The position numbers were made by a program, and so were the translations under genes. A model generated the notes under the pieces. The model was not told the DNA's origin, did no database searches, and saw only the letters and a list, made by a program, of their open reading frames with translations. From positions 1 through 5,751 of the IMG/VR virus record IMGVR_UViG_3300045988_012461: 5,751 nucleotides of DNA; one strand, written 5' to 3'. This document shows, piece by piece, positions 1-4,214 of the stretch. Position 1 is the first letter of the stretch; every line of letters starts with the position of its first letter. The DNA comes from a virus.

Positions 1-55
1 GAGTGGATCCAAGAAGGAACACAGAACATTGACAGAACGATTGCAGTGACAAGCA
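1..55. repeat. 55-nt exact terminal direct repeat (copy 1), the overlap of a circular contig
   Basis: gagtggatccaagaaggaacacagaacattgacagaacgattgcagtgacaagca occurs at 1-55 and again at 5697-5751. It lies inside the VP1 reading frame. Confidence 0.95.
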
Positions 56-150
56 GCGTAAGCCACCAATTCTTGTGTGACTTCTACTTCACCGAAGACT
101 GGTACCGCGAAATGCCTATTTACAGCATTCCGGGCATCGAAAGAATTTAA
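1..150 (+). CDS. VP1: Major capsid protein VP1 (phiX174 F analogue), C-terminal 49 codons plus stop; continues 4215..5696 across the circular junction
   Basis: Frame 1 reads EWIQEGTQNIDRTIAVTSSVSHQFLCDFYFTEDWYREMPIYSIPGIERI* with TAA at 148-150. Nt 1-55 are identical to 5697-5751 and in phase with the ORF that opens at 4215. Confidence 0.9.
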   Translation, partial: EWIQEGTQNIDRTIAVTSSVSHQFLCDFYFTEDWYREMPIYSIPGIERI

Positions 151-160
151 GAAAGGAGGA

Positions 161-186
161 AGCCCCGCAAAAGCGGGGCTATTTTT
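161..186 (+). terminator. Rho-independent terminator after VP1
   Basis: agccccgc (161-168), aaaa loop, gcggggct (173-180): perfect 8-bp GC-rich stem followed by a-ttttt (182-186). It starts 11 nt after the VP1 stop. Confidence 0.7.
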
Positions 187-188
187 GA

Positions 189-1049
189 ATGGAGACGTTA
201 TTAAGCTTTATGCCATACCTCATGCAAGGGCTAAGCATGTTAACAGGCATCATAACGAGCAGCAACCAAAGCAGCGCCAAAAACAGCCAAGGATCCGGCA
301 GCGAGAGCAGCACAGGCAACGAGACCACAACAGGCAGTGTGACAGCACCGCAGCAGATAGGTGCAACACAAATCAGCACACCAACAGGCGTCACAATGTT
401 CGGGAATCAGAGCAGTGTAAACACCGCAAACGCACTACAAATGATGAGCGGACTACTGAGCAACCTAGCAAACGCCGGAAGCCAAGCAAGCGCCAAAAAG
501 TACAACAGCGCAGAGGCAGCAGCGGAACGAGCATTTCAAAAGGAAATGCGCGGGACAGCCTATCAGGACACCGTAAAGGACATGATTGCAGCAGGCATCA
601 ATCCTATTCTGGCAGCGACCAACGGCGCAACAAGCGCACCATCAGGAGCTTCTGCAAGCATTGGAAGCCAACATTATAACCAACAGAGCGCACAAGCCGC
701 AAGCGTATCCGCAATGTACGAATACGGCAACAACACGGCAGAACTGGCAGACAAATACTTACAGCTGGCAAAACAGAGCACCACCGCAAAACAGTATAAG
801 GCTGCAAAAAGCTGGGAACAATCGGCAAGCGAACTAGCGAGCTCAAGCGCAAAACAGGTACAACAGTACAGCTATGCAGCTAACAAGCTAGGTGCAGGCC
901 TTGCAGCAGCAGGAGAAAAAGCCAAAGACGCAGTAAAAAAGGCTGGCAAAGCAGTCAAAGAAAACGTTGACAAGGCAGCAGACAGATATGCAGACAAACA
1001 GATTGAAAAATATCAATCTGGACAATTTGACGCATACAGAGGAGACTAA
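189..1049 (+). CDS. VP2: VP2 minor capsid / DNA pilot protein (phiX174 H analogue), 286 aa
   Basis: ATG 189, TAA 1047-1049. Contains AERAFQKEMRGTAYQDTVKDMIAAGINPILAA, the conserved core I recognise from gokushovirus VP2 proteins. Hydrophobic N-terminus LLSFMPYLMQGLSMLTGII; Ser/Ala/Gln-rich, helix-prone C-terminal half. Sits directly after VP1, as in gokushoviruses. Confidence 0.85.
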   Translation: METLLSFMPYLMQGLSMLTGIITSSNQSSAKNSQGSGSESSTGNETTTGSVTAPQQIGATQISTPTGVTMFGNQSSVNTANALQMMSGLLSNLANAGSQASAKKYNSAEAAAERAFQKEMRGTAYQDTVKDMIAAGINPILAATNGATSAPSGASASIGSQHYNQQSAQAASVSAMYEYGNNTAELADKYLQLAKQSTTAKQYKAAKSWEQSASELASSSAKQVQQYSYAANKLGAGLAAAGEKAKDAVKKAGKAVKENVDKAADRYADKQIEKYQSGQFDAYRGD

Positions 1050-1055
1050 GAAAGG

Positions 1056-1085
1056 AAGGGGGATGGAAAAACATCCCCCTTTTTT
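1056..1085 (+). terminator. Rho-independent terminator after VP2
   Basis: aagggggatg (1056-1065), gaaaaa loop, catccccctt (1072-1081): perfect 10-bp stem running into a T6 tract (1080-1085). It starts 7 nt after the VP2 stop. Confidence 0.8.
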
Positions 1086-1124
1086 AGTAACAATAATCCA
1101 GAAAACAGAGAATGTGGAAAACTT

Positions 1125-1293
1125 GAGTTTTCAACACTTTCAACAGGTTTTCAACAACAAGTTGCACAAAGAAATCCGTCAAAATGACGAACATTCAACA
1201 ATTCAACAAGTTTTCAACAAAGTTTTCAACAGGCAAAAAAGCAATAAATAAACGTAGTAACGTTAAAAAAACGAGTTTTCAACACTTTCAACA
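1125..1293 (+). repeat. Array of nine same-orientation TTCAACA (five as GTTTTCAACA) iteron-like repeats in the VP2-VP4 intergenic region
   Basis: TTCAACA starts at 1130, 1139, 1150, 1194, 1202, 1213, 1225, 1278 and 1287 (three clusters, 8-12 nt spacing). The 21-mer gagttttcaacactttcaaca is exact at 1125-1145 and 1273-1293, and each copy is followed by acaacaagtt (1154-1163, 1311-1320). The repeats are certain; their function is not. Confidence 0.75.
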
Positions 1294-1312
1294 CTACTAC
1301 TACTACTACTAC
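1293..1312 (+). repeat. (ACT)6 trinucleotide microsatellite
   Basis: actactactactactactac at 1293-1312, non-coding. It sits inside the second copy of the long direct repeat, where the first copy has ggttttca instead. Confidence 0.9.
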
Positions 1313-1345
1313 AACAAGTTAATATATAAAGAAAGCGAGGTGTCA

Positions 1346-1380
1346 ACCGGCACAAGATAGACAAGGAAGCTTGTGCCGGT
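1346..1380 (+). promoter_or_regulatory. Perfect 11-bp stem-loop immediately upstream of the VP4 start (candidate replication-origin element or translational operator)
   Basis: accggcacaag (1346-1356) pairs with cttgtgccggt (1370-1380). The 13-nt loop atagacaaggaag contains the only SD-like purine run (aaggaag, 1363-1369) near the VP4 ATG at 1388. The structure is certain; the function is inferred. Confidence 0.5.
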
Positions 1381-1387
1381 AACAAAA

Positions 1388-2377
1388 ATGCCATGTACAA
1401 GACCATTAGTATTTCAGATGGATACAAAAAAACCAAAGCTATGGGGAAGTCTGGAGAACCTATCCAAGCAAGGACTGCAAACGGACATCATGGACGGAAT
1501 CAAAAAAGGAAAATTCGCATTGTTACCATGCGGTAAATGCGAATATTGCCGCAAACAGATGGCTGATCAATGGGCAACAAGAATAGAGCTAGAAGCAAAA
1601 GAATGGGACGATGTGATTTTTCTGACACTGACGTATGACGATGAACATATTCCATACGGAGAGATCGTCAAAGGCTACAGAAGCATTCAAAGTCAGACAG
1701 TAAGCAAACGAGACGTACAGCTATTTTTAAAGCGGCTAAGAAAAGCATACAAGAAGCCGATAAAATATTTCCTAGCAGCCGAATATGGCGACAGAACAAA
1801 ACGACCGCACTATCACGCAATAGTGTTCGGACTGAAACCACCGGATGCACAATGGTATAAAAACCAAAAAGGCAACAGCTATTTTAAAAGCGAGTGGCTA
1901 CAAAAAATCTGGGGCAAAGGTATGATTGACTTTTCACCAGCACAGCCGGGAAGTTACGCATATGTTGCACAATACGTCAACAAGAAAGCCATAGGTGCAG
2001 AGCAAACCGCAAAATACTGGATGGAAGGCCGGGAACCTGAATTTAGAATCATGTCAAAAGGCATCGGCGAAAAATATCTGAACGAACACAAAGATGAAAT
2101 CTTGAAAACGGATAGCATCATATGTGCAGGAGGCCGCGAGAAAAGGCCTCCACGCTATTTTGATAAAATCCTAGATAAGGATACCAGCCAAGACACAGAA
2201 AGCTATTTTAAGGCGCATTCTGACGAGCTGAGAGAGGTTAGAGCCAAACGCAGACGCAATGCAATACAAAGTTTAATCAATCTCGAACAGAACACCAGCG
2301 TGGATTATGAAGCCTATCTCAACATTCAAAAAGAAAAAGACAAGCTAAAGCAAAAGTGGCGTGAACCGAAAGAATGA
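1388..2377 (+). CDS. VP4: VP4 replication initiation protein (HUH rolling-circle endonuclease, phiX174 A analogue), 329 aa
   Basis: MPCTRPL... N-terminus typical of microvirus VP4. Also LPCGKCEYCR, motif 1 FLTLTY, HUH motif RPHYHAIVFG and tyrosine motif YVAQYVNKK. TGA at 2375-2377. I prefer ATG 1388 to the ORF-track GTG 1373, which lies inside the hairpin arm. Confidence 0.93.
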   Translation: MPCTRPLVFQMDTKKPKLWGSLENLSKQGLQTDIMDGIKKGKFALLPCGKCEYCRKQMADQWATRIELEAKEWDDVIFLTLTYDDEHIPYGEIVKGYRSIQSQTVSKRDVQLFLKRLRKAYKKPIKYFLAAEYGDRTKRPHYHAIVFGLKPPDAQWYKNQKGNSYFKSEWLQKIWGKGMIDFSPAQPGSYAYVAQYVNKKAIGAEQTAKYWMEGREPEFRIMSKGIGEKYLNEHKDEILKTDSIICAGGREKRPPRYFDKILDKDTSQDTESYFKAHSDELREVRAKRRRNAIQSLINLEQNTSVDYEAYLNIQKEKDKLKQKWREPKE

Positions 2378-2518
2378 CGCGCACAGCGCTAAAAAGGAAT
2401 GGATTTAGCCGAGTTCCGCTTTAGCTCCACACGGCAAGGCGCTAAAGCGCCATCAAAACAAAGGAGCACAGAAAGCACCCGATCGGGAAGAAGTTGCAGC
2501 AGAAATTTAAAAATTTAC

Positions 2519-2547
2519 TTGACTTAAAAAATTAAATATGGTATAAT
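2519..2547 (+). promoter_or_regulatory. Near-consensus sigma70/sigmaA-type promoter with extended -10 and A/T-rich UP-like tract
   Basis: TTGACT (2519-2524), 17-nt spacer, TGg-TATAAT (TG 2539-2540, -10 at 2542-2547). aaatttaaaaattta (2503-2517) lies just upstream. The next ORF starts at 2593. Confidence 0.6.
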
Positions 2548-2592
2548 AAAGGTGGAAAAAGACCACCAAAAACCGAAAGAGAGGTAATCAAA

Positions 2593-2793
2593 ATGGAATA
2601 TAGCAATGAATACTTTAACCGAAACGGGTGGAATGCATCAGTTGACATGTACAGATCGAGGTACTACGCAGAAAAAGCAAAACAAAGTCCGAATGACGTA
2701 ATAATCAAAGGCAAAAAAACAGGCCTGTACAAAATACTAACGAGGAAAGAATACAGAGAATACAAACAAAGACCGTCATGGCAAGAATACTAA
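2593..2793 (+). CDS. Hypothetical 66-aa protein (Tyr/Lys/Arg-rich ORFan, no hydrophobic segment)
   Basis: ATG 2593 preceded by gaggt (2581-2585) at 7-nt spacing; TAA at 2791-2793. First ORF after the strong promoter. I recognise no family. Confidence 0.55.
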   Translation: MEYSNEYFNRNGWNASVDMYRSRYYAEKAKQSPNDVIIKGKKTGLYKILTRKEYREYKQRPSWQEY

Positions 2794-2813
2794 CCATTGA
2801 CAAAAATAAGGAG

Positions 2814-2843
2814 TTGACAAAAAATGATTATAAGCTATATAAT
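2814..2843 (+). promoter_or_regulatory. Second promoter-like element overlapping the peptidase start (weakly supported)
   Basis: TTGACA (2814-2819), 18-nt spacer, TATAAT (2838-2843). ttgacaaaaa also occurs at 2797-2806, so two copies flank the SD AAGGAG (2808-2813). A transcript starting here would lack both in-frame ATGs (2824, 2842) of the peptidase ORF. Confidence 0.3.
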
Positions 2844-3213
2844 GAACACAAACGGAAACGAAAAAATAGGAAAACACTTCACAGTGAAAGAATTTGCGTG
2901 CAAAGATGGCTCACAAGTGGTCTTTATTGACAGCTATTTGGTAGGCGTACTGGATATCCTACGAAATGAGCTAAATAAACCAGTCATAATCACCAGCGGA
3001 TACAGAACACCGGAGTGGAACGCAAAATGTGGAGGAGCAAAATACAGCTACCACATGCGCGGTATGGCAGCAGACATCCGAGTAAATGGAATAAGCCCGA
3101 AAGAACTCGCCAACAAACTGAATGCAATCGTACCGGATGAATGCGGCATTATCGTATACAAAAGTTGGGTACACTTTGATGTGAGAACCAACAAATACAG
3201 AAAGGGGGTGTAA
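2824..3213 (+). CDS. Zinc D,D-/L,D-peptidase of the M15 (Peptidase_M15_3 / VanY-like, LAS) family; putative endolysin, 129 aa
   Basis: SD AAGGAG (2808-2813) lies 10 nt before ATG 2824. Family motifs in order: HFTVKEFACKDG, SGYR (58-61), SYHMRGMAAD (S-x-H-x-x-G-x-A-x-D, i.e. H77-x6-D84) and WVHFD (H117, D119). All metal ligands are present. TAA at 3211-3213. Confidence 0.85.
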   Translation: MIISYIMNTNGNEKIGKHFTVKEFACKDGSQVVFIDSYLVGVLDILRNELNKPVIITSGYRTPEWNAKCGGAKYSYHMRGMAADIRVNGISPKELANKLNAIVPDECGIIVYKSWVHFDVRTNKYRKGV

Positions 3214-3215
3214 AA

Positions 3216-3332
3216 ATGGCACACAGAAGCGGAGCAGGTCAAGGCGATCAGAAACGTTTTACCCAGACTGCAAAGCGGGTAAAAAACATCAACGTAAGAC
3301 CGAAGGTATCACGAGGCGGGATCAGACTGTAA
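3216..3332 (+). CDS. Small basic DNA-binding/packaging protein (phiX174 J / gokushovirus ORF8 analogue), 38 aa
   Basis: Not in the ORF track. ATG 3216 follows gggggtg (3204-3210). Translation: MAHRSGAGQGDQKRFTQTAKRVKNINVRPKVSRGGIRL*. It is highly basic and ends in RGGIRL, a C-terminus I recognise from small microvirus proteins. TAA at 3330-3332. Confidence 0.7.
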   Translation: MAHRSGAGQGDQKRFTQTAKRVKNINVRPKVSRGGIRL

Positions 3333-3398
3333 AAGAAAGGAGGCAATAGACCGAAGGTACCACGAGGCGGGATCAGACTGTAAAAGAAAGGAGGCAAT
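3297..3398 (+). repeat. 51-nt x 2 tandem direct repeat (one mismatch)
   Basis: agaccgaaggta[t/c]cacgaggcgggatcagactgtaaaagaaaggaggcaat at 3297-3347 and 3348-3398. The only difference is t3309 versus c3360. Each copy carries the last 11 codons of the J-like ORF, its TAA stop and a strong SD aaaggagg. Confidence 0.95.
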
Positions 3399-3401
3399 TT
3401 G

Positions 3402-3518
3402 ATGGCACTGATTAAGGTCAAGGACGTTAAAGAAGCAATTGCACTGATGATGGACATCCTTGAAAAGCTCGATGAGATCTACCACGCACTGAAGGACGCA
3501 AGCAAAAACAAAGAGTAA
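3402..3518 (+). CDS. Hypothetical 38-aa helical protein
   Basis: Not in the ORF track. ATG 3402 lies 7 nt after aaaggagg (3387-3394). Translation: MALIKVKDVKEAIALMMDILEKLDEIYHALKDASKNKE*. TAA at 3516-3518 overlaps the SD of the next gene, so it fills the gap between flanking genes exactly. Confidence 0.45.
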   Translation: MALIKVKDVKEAIALMMDILEKLDEIYHALKDASKNKE

Positions 3519-3528
3519 AGGAGAAAAC

Positions 3529-3783
3529 ATGAAACTGAAATTCTATTCATTCCACGATGCACTGACCAACGGCTACTCTCAGCCGTTCCTGCAGAACAAC
3601 AGAGCACAGGCAGTCAGAACGGCACGATGGAAAGCCAACGAAAGCAAGCCGAGTGAAATCGAAGACATCAGCTTAGTTGAACTGGGCGAATTCGACACCG
3701 AAACCGGCTACATGAGCGAGGCAATGCCTGAACACATCGCACGGCTCATCGACCTGAAGGAGACGGCCAATGTTAAATCCTGA
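3529..3783 (+). CDS. VP5-like non-structural protein (conserved gokushovirus small protein, proposed phiX174 C analogue), 84 aa
   Basis: SD aaggag (3518-3523) lies 5 nt before ATG 3529. The pattern F-x-x-x-D...Y-x-x-PF...A-x-R...D-x-x-L-x-x-LGEFD-x-x-TG matches my memory of gokushovirus VP5/ORF5 proteins. Family assignment is from memory only. Confidence 0.6.
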   Translation: MKLKFYSFHDALTNGYSQPFLQNNRAQAVRTARWKANESKPSEIEDISLVELGEFDTETGYMSEAMPEHIARLIDLKETANVKS

Positions 3784-4189
3784 TGTGCTGGTAAGATACT
3801 GCGGCTTACCGACCGAGAGAGTGGCAAACAATCCGGGCAGCAAGACCGCGCCAACGTGGAAAGCGGTCAAGCGGCCAAACGGCACTACCGACTACATCCA
3901 ACAGCCGGATGAAAACACATACGAAAAAATCCAGAAAGCGGGCGAAGGCTACGACCTTGCAAGCGCGATCGCAAGGCTGGAAGCGGGAGACACCAGCATC
4001 AAGGCAAAGAGCATGATATACACCGAGGGGACAGAACTCGAAAATCTGCCGAAGGACATCATGACGATGCACGAAAAAGCAGAAACAGCAGCCGAAACGC
4101 TGGAACAGCTGAAACAGGTGCAGCAGACCGAACAGCCAAAGCCGGAAGAAAAAAAAGAAGAGGTGAAGGAAAACGAACCGAAACAGTGA
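3770..4189 (+). CDS. Putative internal scaffolding protein (VP3-like), 139 aa, with acidic Glu/Lys-rich C-terminus
   Basis: SD aaggag (3757-3762) lies 7 nt before ATG 3770. It overlaps the previous ORF by 14 nt. TGA at 4187-4189 is 25 nt before the VP1 start. The position immediately upstream of VP1 and the size fit gokushovirus VP3. I see no diagnostic motif. Confidence 0.5.
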   Translation: MLNPDVLVRYCGLPTERVANNPGSKTAPTWKAVKRPNGTTDYIQQPDENTYEKIQKAGEGYDLASAIARLEAGDTSIKAKSMIYTEGTELENLPKDIMTMHEKAETAAETLEQLKQVQQTEQPKPEEKKEEVKENEPKQ

Positions 4190-4214
4190 GAACCATTTCG
4201 CGCAAGTGCCGCGA

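Noticed and set aside
1-55. Terminal repeats as biological LTR/ITR or prophage att sites
   Set aside because: The repeat is direct, exact and lies in-frame within the capsid gene. This is the signature of a circular genome linearised by an assembler, not of integration or terminal redundancy.
77-679. 200-aa alternative-frame ORF (GTG start) overlapping the VP1 end, the terminator and VP2; extremely Arg/Gln/Lys/His-rich. The 586-837 ORF is similar.
   Set aside because: The + strand here is nearly T-free, so stop codons are rare in every frame and long open frames arise by chance. It has no SD, runs through a terminator hairpin and has low-complexity basic composition.
967-1251. 94-aa ORF spanning the VP2 end, the terminator and the iteron array
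   Set aside because: It has a non-ATG start inside VP2 and crosses a strong terminator. Its repeated FQ/FN peptides are simply the translated TTCAACA repeats, so the region is better explained as non-coding.
1373-1387. GTG 1373 as the VP4 start, as in the ORF track
   Set aside because: It lies inside the 3' arm of the 11-bp hairpin, only 3 nt after the SD-like aaggaag. ATG 1388 gives the MPCTRPL N-terminus typical of VP4.
2399-2527. 42-aa ORF (MDLAEFRFSSTRQGAKAPSKQRS...) in the rep-to-promoter gap
   Set aside because: The purine run abuts the ATG with no spacing, the ORF runs into the -35 box, and the sequence is better explained by the GCTAAA/TTTAGC structural motifs.
3264-3275. Possible degenerate third repeat copy (cagactgcaaag versus cagactgtaaaag)
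   Set aside because: Only about 11 nt are similar and it is not at the 51-nt period. It is probably chance within the J-like coding sequence.
3297-3398. Possible CRISPR or attachment-site repeat
   Set aside because: There are only two directly abutting copies with no spacer, and they consist of coding sequence plus an SD. This is a simple tandem duplication.
3248-3530. Two minus-strand ORFs (69 and 73 aa) with internally repeated peptides
   Set aside because: They are antisense to the J-like gene, the tandem repeat and the 38-aa ORF. The repeated peptides are the 51-nt duplication read backwards. They have no SD, and every convincing gene is on the + strand.
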